Part shown: positions 33,401-49,100 of the stretch, piece after piece
How positions within the stretch are numbered: position 1 is the stretch's first letter
How the letters are laid out: each line of letters starts with the position of its first letter
Source: Eledone cirrhosa
Taxonomy: Eukaryota
Reading direction: 5' to 3'
DNA length: 64,000 nt
Assembly: GCA_964016885.1 (NCBI GenBank)
Contig: OZ024745.1
Span: 71,114,001-71,178,000, forward strand
Program-made: the position numbers and the translations under genes
The notes under the pieces: generated by a model
The model's input: the letters and a program-made list of their open reading frames with translations, nothing else
Databases searched by the model: none
What the model was told of the DNA's origin: nothing

Positions 33401-36110
33401 ACACCATTAACACTACTGTCATCACCATTAACACTGCTGTCATCACCATTAACACTACTGTCATCACCATTAACACTACTGTCATCACCATTAACACTGT
33501 TGTCATCACCATTAACACTGCTGTCATCACCATTAACACTGCTGACATCACCATTAACACTACTGCCATCACCATTAACACTGCTGTCATCATCATTAAC
33601 ACTGCTGCCATCACCATTAACACTACTGTCATGATCAATAACACTGGTGTCATCAACATTAACACTACTGTCATCACCATTAACACTGCTGTCATCACCA
33701 TTAACACTGCTGTCATCACAATTAACACTGCTGTCAACACCATTAACACTACTGTTATCACCAATAACACTGATGTCATCACCATTAACACTACTGTCAA
33801 CACCACTAACACTGCTGTCATCACCATTAACACTACTGTCAACACCATTAACACTACTGTCATCACCATTAACACTGCTGTCATCACCATTAACACTACT
33901 GTCATCACCATTAACACTACTGTCATCACCATTAACACTACTGTCAACACCATTAACACTACTGTCATCACCATTAACACTGCTGTCATCACCATTAACA
34001 CTAATGTCATCACCATTAACACTACTGTCATCACCATTAACACTACTGTCATCACCATTAACACTACTGTCATCACCATTAACACTACTGTCATCACCAT
34101 TAACACTACTGTCATCACCATTAACACTACTGTTATCACCATTATCACTACTGTCATCACCATTAACACTACTGTCATCACCATTAACACTACTGTCATC
34201 ACCATTAACACTACTGTCATCACCATTAACACTACTGTCATCACCATTAACACTACTGTCATCACCATTATCACTACTGTCATCACCATTAACACTACTG
34301 TCATCACCATTATCACAACTGTCATCACCATTAACACTACTGTCATCACCATTAACACTACTGTCATCACCATTAACACTACTGTCATCACCATTAACAC
34401 TACTGTCAACACTACTAACACTACTGTCATCACCATTATCACTACTGTCATCACCATTAACAATGCTGTCATCACCATTAACACTGCTGTCAACACCATT
34501 AACACTACTGTCATCACCATTAACACTACTGTCATCACCATTAACACTACTGTCATCACCATTATCACTACTGTCATCACCATTAACACTACTGTCATCA
34601 CCATTAACACTACTGTCAACACCATTAACACTACTGTCATCACCATTAACACTACTGTCATCACCATTAACACTACTGTCATCACCATTAACACTACTGT
34701 CATCACCATTAACACTACTGTCAACACCATTAACACAACTGTCATTGCCATTAACACTACTGTCATCACCATTAACACTACTGTCATCACCATTAACACT
34801 ACTGTCATCACCATTAACACTACTGTCATCACCATTAACACTACTGTCATCACCATTATCACTACTGTCATCACCATTAACACTACTGTCAACACCATTA
34901 ACACTACTGTCATCACCATTAACACTACTGTCATCACCATTAACACTACTGTCATCAGCATTAACACTACTGTCACCACCATTAACACTACTGTCATCAC
35001 CATTAACACTACTGTCATCACCATTAACACTACTGTCATCACCATTAACACTACTGTCATCACCATTAACACTACTGTCATCACCATTAACACTGCTGTC
35101 AACACCATTAACACTACTGTCATCACCATTAACACTACTGTCATCACCATTAACACTACTGTCAACACCATTAACACTACTGTCATCACCATTAACACTG
35201 CTGTCAACACCATTAACACTGCTGTCATCACCATTAACACTGCTGTCATCACCATTAACACTACTGGCATCACCATTAACAGTACTGTCAACACCATTAA
35301 CACTGCTGCCATCACCATTAACACTGCTGTCAACACCATTAACACTACTGTCATCACCATTAACACTACTGTCAACACCATTAACACTACTGTCATCACA
35401 ATTAACACTACTGTCATCACCATTAACACTACTGTCATCACCATTAACACTACTGTCATCACCATTAACACTACTGTCAACACTATTAACACTACTGTCA
35501 TCACCATTATCACTACTGTCATCACTATTAACACTGCTGTCATCACCATTAACACTGCTGTCAACACCATTAACACTACTGTCATCACCATTAACACTAC
35601 TGTCATCACCATTAACACTACTGTCAACACCATTAACACTACTGTCATCACCATTAACACTGCTGTCAACACCATTAACACTGCTGTCATCACCATTAAC
35701 ACTACTGTCATCACCATTAACACTACTGTCATCACCATTAACACTGCTGTCATCACCATTAACACTGCTGTCATCACCATTAACACTACTGTCATCACCA
35801 TTATCACTACTGTCATCACCATTAACACTACTGTCATCACCATTAACACTACTGTCAACACCATTATCACTACTGTCGTCACCATTAACACTATTGTCAT
35901 CACCATTAACACTACTGTCATCACCATTAACACTACTGTCATCACCATTAACACTACTGTCATCACCATTAACACTACTGTCATCACCATTAACACTACT
36001 GTCATCACCATTAACACTACTGTCATCACCATTAACACTACTGTCATCACCATTAACACTACTGTCATCACCATTAACACTGCTGTCACCACCATTAACA
36101 CTACTGTCAT
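30490..36110. repeat. ~2.8-kb tandem duplication (offset 2,793 = 133 monomers, growing distally through internal indels)
   Basis: ATGATCAATAACACTGGTGTCATCAAC at ~30838 and ~33631; ORF starts 30854/33647 with near-identical variant order; GTCGTC...ACTATTGTC at ~32914/35875. Confidence 0.8.
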
Positions 36111-39100
36111 CACCATTAACACTACTGTCATCACCATTAACACTACTGTCATCACCATTAACACTACTGTCATCACCATTAACACTACTGTCATCACCAT
36201 TAACACTGCTGTCACCACCATTAACACTACTGTCATCACCATTAACACTACTGTCATCACCATTAACACTACTGTCATCACCATTAACACTGCTGTCAAC
36301 ACAATTAACACTACTGTCATCACCATTAACACTACTGTCATCACCATTAACACTACTGTCAACACCTTTAACACTACTGTCATCACCATTAACACTGCTG
36401 TCAACACCATTAACACTGCTGTCATCACCATTAACACTGCTGTCATCACCATTAACACTACTGTCATCACCATTAACACTACTGTCATCACCATTAACGC
36501 TACTGCCATCACTATTAACAATGCTGTCAACACCATTAACACTACTGTCATCACCATAAACACTACTGTCAACACTATTAACACTACTGTCATCACCATT
36601 ATCACTACTGTCATCACCATTAACACTACTGTCAACACCATTAACACTACTGTCATCACCATTAACACTGCTGTCAACACCATTAACACTGCTGTCATCA
36701 CCATTAACACTTCTGTCATCACCATTAACACTACTGTCAACACCATTAACACTACTGTCATCACCATTAACACTGCTGTCAACACCATTAACACTGCTGT
36801 CACCACCATTAACACTACTGTCATCACCATTAACACTACTGTCATCACAATTAACACTAATGTCATCACCATTAACACTACTGTCATCACCATTAACGCT
36901 ACTGTCATCACCATTAACACTGCTGTCATCACTATTAACACTACTGTCATCACTATTAACACTACTGTCATCACCATTAACACTACTGTCAACACCATTA
37001 ACACTACTGTCATCACCATTAACACTGCTGTCAACAGCATTAACACTGCTGTCATCACCATTAACACTACTGTCATCACCATTAACACTGCTGTCAACAC
37101 CATTAACACTACTGTCATCACCATTAACACTGCTGTCATCACCATTAACACTACTGTCATCACCATTAACACTACTGTCATCACCATTAACACTGTTGTC
37201 ATCACCATTAACACTGCTGTCATCACCATTAACACTGCTGACATCACCATTAACACTACTGCCATCACCATTAACACTGCTGCCATCACCATTAACACTG
37301 CTGCCATCACCATTAACACTACTGTCATCATCAATAACACTGCTGTCATCAACATTAACACTACTGTCATCACCATTAACACTGCTCTCATCACCATTAA
37401 CACTGCTGTCATCACAATTAACACTGCTGTCAACACCATTAACACTACTGTCATCACCAATAACACTGATGTCATCACCATTAACACTACTGTCAACACC
37501 ATTAACACTACTGTCATCACCATTAACACTACTGTCATCACCATTAACACTACTGTCATCACCATTAACACTACTGTCATCACCATTATCACTACTGTCA
37601 TCACCATTAACACTACTGTCATCACCATTAACACTACTGTCATCACCATTAACACTACTGTCATCACCATTAACACTACTGTCATCACCATTAACACTAC
37701 TGTCATCACCATTATCACTACTGTCATCACCATTAACACTGCTGTCAACACCATTAACACTACTGTCATCACCATTAACACTACTGTCATCACCATTAAC
37801 ACTACTGTCATCACCATTAACACTGCTGTCATCACCATTAACACTGCTGTCAACACCATTAACACTACTGTCATCACCATTAACACTACTGACATCACCA
37901 TTAACACTAGTGTCATCACCATTAACACTGCTGTCATCACCATTAACACTACTGTCATCACCATTAACACTACTGTCATCACAATTAACACTAATGTCAT
38001 CACCATTAACACTACTGTCATCACCATTAACACTACTGTCATCACCATTAACACTACTGTCATCACCATTAACACTACTGTCAACACCATTAACACTGCT
38101 GTCATCACTATTAACACTACTGTCATCACCATTAACACTACTCTCATCACCATTAATACTACTGTCATCACCATTAACACTGCTGTCAACACCATTAACA
38201 CTACTGTCATCACCATTAACACTACTGTCATCACCATTAACACTACTGTCATCACCATTAACACTACTGTCATCACCATTAACACTACTGTCAACACCAT
38301 TAACACTACTGTCAACACCATTAACACTACTGTCATCACCATTAACACTGCTGTCAACACCATTAACACTGCTGTCATCACCATTAACACTGCTGTCAAC
38401 ACCATTAACACTACTGTCACCACCATTAACACTACTGTCATCACCATTAACACTACTGTCATCACCATTAACGTTACTGTCATCACCATTAACACTGCTG
38501 TCATCACTATTAACACTACTGTCATCACTATTAACACTACTGTCATCACCATTAACACTACTGTCAACACCATTAACCCTACTGTCATCACCATTAACAC
38601 TGCTGTCAACAGCATTAACACTGCTGTCATCACCATTAACACTACTGTCATCACCATTAATACTGCTGTCAACACCATTAACACTACTGTCATCACCATT
38701 AACACTACTGTCAACACCATTAACACTACTGTCATCACCATTAACACTGCTGTCAACACCATTAACACTGCTGTCATCACCATTAACACTACTGTCATCA
38801 CCATTAACACTACTGTCATCACCATTAACGCTACTGTCATCACCATTAACACTGCTGTCATCACTATTAACACTACTGTCATCACTATTAACACTACTGT
38901 CATCACCATTAACACTACTGTCAACACCATTAACACTACTGTCATCACCATTAACACTGCTGTCAACAGCATTAACACTGCTGTCATCGCCATTAACACT
39001 ACTGTCATCACCATTAATACTGCTGTCAACACCATTAACACTACTGTCATCACCATTAACACTGCTGTCATCACCATTAACACTACTGTCATCACCATTA

Positions 39101-42100
39101 ACACTACTGTCATCACCATTAACACTGTTGTCATCACCATTAACACTGCTGTCATCACCATTAACACTGCTGACATCACCATTAACACTACTGCCATCAC
39201 CATTAACACTGCTGTCATCATCATTAACACTGCTGCCATCACCATTAACACTACTGTCATGATCAATAACACTACTGTCATCACCATTAACACTACTGTT
39301 ATCACCATTATCACTACTGTCATCACCATTAACACTACTGTCATCACCATTAACACTACTGTCATCACCATTAACACTACTGTCATCACCATTAACACTA
39401 CTGTCATCACCATTAACACTACTGTCAACACCATTAACACTACTGTCATCAACATTAACACTACTGTCATCACCATTAACACTGCTGTCATCGCCATTAA
39501 CACTGCTGTCATCACAATTAACACTGCTGTCAACACCATTAACACTACTGCCATCACCAATAACACTGATGTCATCACCATTAACACTACTGTCAACACC
39601 ACTAACACTGCTGTCATCACCATTAACACTACTGTCAACACCATTAACACTACTGTCATCACCATTAACACTGCTGTCATCACCATTAACACTACTGTCA
39701 TCACCATTAACACTACTGTCATCACCATTAACACTACTGTCAACACCATTAACACTACTGTCATCACCATTAACACTGCTGTCATCACCATTAACACTAA
39801 TGTCATCACCATTAACACTACTGTCATCACCATTAACACTACTGTCATCACCATTAACACTACTGTCATCACCATTAACACTACTGTCATCACCATTAAC
39901 ACTACTGTCATCACCATTAACACTACTGTTATCACCATTATCACTACTGTCATCACCATTAACACTACTGTCATCACCATTAACACTACTGTCATCACCA
40001 TTAACACTACTGTCATCACCATTAACACTACTGTCATCACCATTAACACTACTGTCATCACCATTATCACTACTGTCATCACCATTAACACTACTGTCAT
40101 CACCATTATCACAACTGTCATCACCATTAACACTACTGTCATCACCATTAACACTACTGTCATCACCATTAACACTACTGTCATCACCATTAACACTACT
40201 GTCAACACTACTAACACTACTGTCATCACCATTATCACTACTGTCATCACCATTAACACTGCTGTCATCACCATTAACACTGCTGTCAACACCATTAACA
40301 CTACTGTCATCACCATTAACACTACTGTCATCACCATTAACACTACTGTCATCACCATTATCACTACTGTCATCACCATTAACACTACTGTCATCACCAT
40401 TAACACTACTGTCAACACCATTAACAGTACTGTCATCACCATTAACACTACTGTCATCACCATTAACACTGCTGTCAACACCATTAACACTACTGTCATC
40501 ACCATTAACACTACTGTCATCACCATTAACACTACTGTCATCACCATTATCACTACTGTCATCACCATTAACACTACTGTCATCACCATTAACACTGCTG
40601 TCATCACCATTAACACAACTGTCATTACCATTAACACTACTGTCATCACCATTAACACTACTGTCATCACCATTAACACTACTGTCATCACCATTAACAC
40701 TACTGTCATCACCATTAACACTACTGTCATCACCATTATCACTACTGTCATCACCATTAACACTACTGTCAACACCATTAACACTACTGTCATCACCATT
40801 AACACTACTGTCATCACCATTAACACTACTGTCATCAGCATTAACACTACTGTCATCACCATTAACACTACTGTCATCACCATTAACACTACTGTCAACA
40901 CCATTAACACAACTGTCATCACCATTAACACTACTGTCATCACCATTAACACTACTGTCATCACCATTAACACTACTGTCATCATCATTAACACTACTGT
41001 CATCACCATTAACACTACTGTCACCACCATTAACACTACTGTCATCACCATTAACACTACTGTCATCACCATTAACACTACTGTCATCACCATTAACACT
41101 ACTGTCATCACCATTAACACTACTGTCATCACCATTAACACTGCTGTCAACACCATTAACACTACTGTCATCACCATTAACACTACTGTCATCACCATTA
41201 ACACTACTGTCAACACCATTAACACTACTGTCATCACCATTAACACTGCTGTCAACACCATTAACACTGCTGTCATCACCATTAACACTGCTGTCATCAC
41301 CATTAACACTACTGTCATCACCATTAACACTACTGTCAACACCATTAACACTGCTGTCATCACCATTAACACTGCTGTCAACACCATTAACACTACTGTC
41401 ATCACCATTAACACTACTGTCAACACCATTAACACTACTGTCATCACAATTAACACTACTGTCATCACCATTAACACTACTGTCTTCACCATTAACACTA
41501 CTGTCATCACCATTAACACTACTGTCAACACTATTAACACTACTGTCATCACCATTATCACTACTGTCATCACCATTAACACTGCTGTCATCACCATTAA
41601 CACTGCTGTCAACACCATTAACACTACTGTCATCACCATTAACACTACTGTCATCACCATTAACACTACTGTCAACACCATTAACACTACTGTCATCACC
41701 ATTAACACTGCTGTCAACACCATTAACACTGCTGTCATCACCATTAACACTACTGTCATCACCATTAACACTACTGTCATCACCATTAACACTGCTGTCA
41801 TCACCATTAACACTGCTGTCATCACCATTAACACTACTGTCATCACCATTATCACTACTGTCATCACCATTAACACTACTGTCATCACCATTAACACTAC
41901 TGTCAACACCATTATCACTACTGTCGTCACCATTAACACTACTGTCATCACCATTAACACTACTGTCATCACCATTAACACTACTGTCATCACCATTAAC
42001 ACTACTGTCATCACCATTAACACTACTGTCATCACCATTAACACTACTGTCATCACCATTAACACTACTGTCATCACCATTAACACTACTGTCATCACCA

Positions 42101-45100
42101 TTAACACTACTGTCATCACCATTAACACTGCTGTCACCACCATTAACACTACTGTCATCACCATTAACACTACTGTCATCACCATTAATACTACTGTCAT
42201 CACCATTAACACTGCTGTCATCACCATTAACACTACTGTCATCACCATTAACACTACTGTCATCACCATTAACACTACTGTCATCACCATTAACACTACT
42301 GTCATCACCATTAACACTGCTGTCACCACCATTAACACTACTGTCATCACCATTAACACTACTGTCATCACCATTAACACTACTGTCATCACCATTAACA
42401 CTGCTGTCAACACAATTAACACTACTGTCATCACCATTAACACTACTGTCATCACCATTAACACTACTGTCAACACCATTAACACTACTGTCATCACCAT
42501 TAACACTGCTGTCAACACCATTGACACTGCTGTCATCACCATTAACACTGCTGTCATCACCATTAACACTACTGTCATCACCATTAACACTACTGTCAAC
42601 ACCATTAACACTGCTGTCATAACCATTAACACTGCTGTCAACACCATTAACAATACTGTCATCACCATTAACACTACTGTCAACACCATTAACACTACTG
42701 TCATCACCATTATCACTACTGTCATCACCATTAACACTACTGTCATCACCATTAACACTACTGTCATCACCATTAACACTGCTGTCATCACCATTAACAC
42801 TACTGTCATCACCATTAACACTGCTGTCATCACCATTAACGCTACTGCCATCACTATTAACAATGCTGCCAACACCATTAACACTACTGTCATCACCATA
42901 AACACTACTGTCAACACTATTAACACTACTGTCATCACCATTATCACTACTGTCATCACCATTAACACTACTGTCAACACCATTAACACTACTGTCATCA
43001 CCATTAACACTGCTGTCAACACCATTAACACTGCTGTCATCACCATTAACACTTCTGTCATCACCATTAACACTACTGTCATCACCATTAACACTGCTGT
43101 CAACACCATTAACACTACTGTCATCACCATTAACACTGCTGTCATCACCATTAACACTACTGTCATCACCATTAACACTACTGTCATCACCATTAACACT
43201 GTTGTCATCACCATTAACACTGCTGTCATCACCATTAACACTGCTGACATCACCATTAACACCACTGCCATCACCATTAACACTGCTGTCATCACCATTA
43301 ACACTGCTGCCATCACCATTAACACTACTGTCATCATCAATAACACTGCTGTCATCAACATTAACACTACTGTCATCACCATTAACACTGCTGTAATCAC
43401 CATTAACACTGCTGTCATCACAATTAACACTGCTGTCAACACCATTAACACTACTGTCATCACCAATAACACTGATGTCATCACCATTAACACTGCTGTC
43501 ATCACCATTAACACTACTGTCATCACCATTAACACTACTGTCATCACCATTAACACTACTGTCAACACTATTAACACTACTGTCATCACCATTAACACTG
43601 CTGTCATCACCATTAACACTAATGTCATCACCATTAACACTACTGTCATCACCATTAACACTACTGTCATCACCATTAACACTACTGTCATCACCATTAA
43701 CACTACTGTCATCACCATTAACACTACTGTCATCACCATTAACACTACTGTCATCACCATTATCACTACTGTCATCACCATTAACACTACTGTCATCACC
43801 ATTAACACTACTGTCATCACCATTAACACTACTGTCATCACCATTAACACTACTGTCATCACCATTAACACTACTGTCATCACCATTATCACTACTGTCA
43901 TCACCATTAACACTGCTGTCAACACCATTAACACTACTGTCATCACCATTAACACTACTGTCATCACCATTAACACGACTGTCATCACCATTAACACTGC
44001 TGTCATCACCATTAACACTGCTGTCAACACCATTAACACTACTGTCATCACCATTAACACTACTGACATCACCATTAACACTACTGTCCTCACCATTAAC
44101 ACTGCTGTCATCACCATTAACACTACTGTCATCACCATTAACACTACTGTCATCACAATTAACACTAATGTCATCACCATTAACACTACTGTCATCACCA
44201 TTAACACTACTGTCATCACCATTAACACTACTGTCATCACCATTAACACTACTGTCAACACCATTAACACTGCTGTCATCACTATTAACACTACTGTCAT
44301 CACCATTAACACTACTGTCATCACCATTAATACTACTGTCATCACCATTAACACTGCTGTCAACACCATTAACACTACTGTCATCACCATTAACACTACT
44401 GTCATCACCATTAACACTACTGTCATCACCATTAACACTACTGTCATCACCATTAACACTACTGTCAACACCATTAACACTACTGTCAACACCATTAACA
44501 CTACTGTCATCACCATTAACACTGCTGTCAACACCATTAACACTGCTGTCATCACCATTAACACTGCTGTCAACACCATTAACACTACTGTCACCACCAT
44601 TAACACTACTGTCATCACCATTAACACTACTGTCATCACCATTAACGCTACTGTCATCACCATTAACACTGCTGTCATCACTATTAACACTACTGTCATC
44701 ACTATTAACACTACTGTCATCACCATTAACACTACTGTCAACACCATTAACCCTACTGTCATCACCATTAACACTGCTGTCAACAGCATTAACACTGCTG
44801 TCATCACCATTAACACTACTGTCATCACCATTAATACTGCTGTCAACACCATTAACACTACTGTCATCACCATTAACACTGCTGTCATCACCATTAACTC
44901 TACTGTCATCACCATTAACACTACTGTCATCAGCATTAACACTGTTGTCATCACCATTAACACTGCTGTCATCGCCATTAACACTGCTGACATCACCATT
45001 AACACTACTGCCATCACCATTAACACTGCTGTCATCACCATTAACACTGCTGCCATCACCATTAACACTACTGTCATCATCAATAACACTGCTGTCATCA

Positions 45101-46129
45101 ACATTAACACTACTGTCATCACCATTAACACTGCTGTAATCACCATTAACACTGCTGTCATCACAATTAACACTGCTGTCAACACCATTAACACTACTGT
45201 CATCACCAATAACACTGATGTCATCACCATTAACACTACTGTCAACACCACTAACACTGCTGTCATCACCATTAACACTACTGTCAACACCATTAACACT
45301 ACTGTCATCACCATTAACACTGCTGTCATCACCATTAACACTACTGTCATCACCATTAACACTACTGTCATCACCATTAACACTACTGTCAACACCATTA
45401 ACACTACTGTCATCACCATTAACACTGCTGTCATCACCATTAACACTAATGTCATCACCATTAACACTACTGTTATCACCATTAACACTACTGTCATCAC
45501 CATTAACACTACTGTCATCACCATTAACACTACTGTCATCACCATTAACACTACTGTCATCACCATTAACACTACTGTCATCACCATTATCACTACTGTC
45601 ATCACCATTAACACTACTGTCATCACCATTAACACTACTGTCATCACCATTAACACTACTGTCATCACCATTAACACTACTGTCATCACCATTAACACTA
45701 CTGTCATCACCATTATCACTACTGTCATCACCATTAACACTACTGTCATCACCATTATCACAACTGTCATCACCATTAACACTACTGTCATCACCATTAA
45801 CACTACTGTCATCACCATTAACACTACTGTCATCACCATTAACACTACTGTCAACACTACTAACACTACTGTCATCACCATTATCACTACTGTCATCACC
45901 ATTAACACTGCTGTCATCACCATTAACACTGCTGTCAACACCATTAACACTACTGTCATCACCATTAACACTACTGTCATCACCATTAACACTACTGTCA
46001 TCACCATTATCACTACTGTCATCACCATTAACACTACTGTCATCACCATTAACACTACTGTCATCACCATTAACACTACTGTCATCACCATTAACACTAC
46101 TGTCATCACCATTAACACTACTGTCATCA

Positions 46130-49100
46130 CCATTAACACTACTATCATCACCATTAACACTACTGTCAACACCATTAACACAACTGTCATTACCATTAAC
46201 ACTACTGTCATCACCATTAACACTACTGTCATCACCATTAACACTACTGTCATCACCATTAACACTACTGTCATCACCATTAACACTACTGTCATCACCA
46301 TTATCACTACTGTCATCACCATTAACACTACTGTCAACACCATTAACACTACTGTCATCACCATTAACACTACTGTCATCACCATTAACATTACTGTCAT
46401 CACCATTAACACTACTGTCATCACCATTAACACTACTGTCATCACCATTAACACTACTGTCAACACCATTAACACAACTGTCATCACCATTAACACTACT
46501 GTCATCACCATTAACACTACTGTCATCACCATTAACACTACTGTCATCACCATTAACACTACTGTCATCACCATTAACACTACTGTCACCACCATTAACA
46601 CTACTGTCATCACCATTAACACTACTGTCATCACCATTAACACTACTGTCATCACCATTAACACTACTGTCATCACCATTAACACTACTGTCATCACCAT
46701 TAACACTGCTGTCAACACCATTAACACTACTGTCATCACCATTAACACTACTGTCATCACCATTAACACTACTGTCAACACCATTAACACTACTGTCATC
46801 ACCATTAACACTGCTGTCAACACCATTAACACTGCTGTCATCACCATTAACACTGCTGTCATCACCATTAACACTACTGTCATCACCATTAACACTACTG
46901 TCAACACCATTAACACTGCTGTCATCACCATTAACACTGCTGTCAACACCATTAACACTACTGTCATCACCATTAACACTACTGTCAACACCATTAACAC
47001 TACTGTCATCACAATTAACACTACTGTCATCACCATTAACACTACTGTCATCACCATTAACACTACTGTCATCACCATTAACACTACTGTCAACACTATT
47101 AACACTACTGTCATCACCATTATCACTACTGTCATCACCATTAACACTGCTGTCATCACCATTAACACTGCTGTCAACACCATTAACACTACTGTCATCA
47201 CCATTAACACTACTGTCATCACCATTAACACTACTGTCAACACCATTAACACTACTGTCATCAACATTAACACTGCTGTCAACACCATTAACACTGCTGT
47301 CATCACCATTAACACTACTGTCATCACCATTAACACTACTGTCATCACCATTAACACTGCTGTCATCACCATTAACACTGCTGTCATCACCATTAACACT
47401 ACTGTCATCACCATTATCACTACTGTCATCACCATTAACACTACTGTCATCACCATTAACACTACTATCAACACCATTATCACTACTGTCGTCACCATTA
47501 ACACTACTGTCATCACCATTAACACTACTGTCATCACCATTAACACTACTGTCATCACCATTAACACTACTGTCATCACCATTAACACTACTGTCATCAC
47601 CATTAACACTACTGTCATCACCTTTAACACTACTGTCCTCACCATTATCACTACTGTCATCACCATTAACACTACTGTCATCACCATTAACACTACTGTC
47701 ATCACCATTAACACTACTGTCATCACCATTAACACTACTGTCATCACCATTAACACTACTGTCATCACCATTAACACTGCTGTCACCACCATTAACACTA
47801 CTGTCATCACCATTAACACTACTGTCATCACCATTAACACTACTGTCATCACCATTAACACTGCTGTCATCACCATTAACACTACTGTCATCACCATTAA
47901 CACTACTGTCATCACCATTAACACTACTGTCATCACCATTAACACTACTGTCATCACCATTAACACTGCTGTCACCACCATTAACACTACTGTCATCACC
48001 ATTAACACTACTGTCATCACCATTAACACTACTGTCATCACCATTAACACTGCTGTCAACACAATTAACACTACTGTCATCACCATTAACACTACTGTCA
48101 TCACCATTAACACTACTGTCAACACCATTAACACTACTGTCATCACCATTAACACTGCTGTCAACACCATTAACACTGCTGTCATCACCATTAACACTGC
48201 TGTCATCACCATTAACACTACTGTCATCACCATTAACACTACTGTCAACACCATTAACACTGCTGTCATAACCATTAACACTGCTGTCAACACCATTAAC
48301 ACTACTGTCATCACCATTAACACTACTGTCAACACCATTAACACTACTGTCATCACCATTATCACTACTGTCATCACCATTAACACTACTGTCATCACCA
48401 TTAACACTACTGTCATCACCATTAACACTGCTGTCATCACCATTAACACTACTGTCATCACCATTAACACTGCTGTCATCACAATTAACGCTACTGCCAT
48501 CACTATTAACAATGCTGTCAACACCATTAACACTACTGTCATCACCATAAACACTACTGTCAACACTATTAACACTACTGTCATCACCATTATCACTACT
48601 GTCATCACCATTAACACTACTGTCAACACCATTAACACTACTGTCATCACCATTAACACTGCTGTCAACACCATTAACACTGATGTCATCACCATTAACA
48701 CTACTGTCATCACCATTAACACTACTGACAACACCATTAATACTACTGTCATCACCATTAACACTGCTGTCAACACCATTAACACTGCTGTCATCACCAT
48801 TAACACTACTGTCATCACCATTAACACTGCTGTCAACACCATTAACACTACTGTCATCACCATTAACACTGCTGTCATCACCATTAACACTACTGTCATC
48901 ACCATTAACACTACTGTCATCACCATTAACACTGCTGTCATCACCATTAACACTGCTGTCATCACCATTAACACTGCTGACATCACCATTAACACTACTG
49001 CCATCACCATTAACACTGCTGTCATCACCATTAACACTGCTGCCATCACCATTAACACTACTGTCATCATCAATAACACTGCTGTCATCAACATCAACAC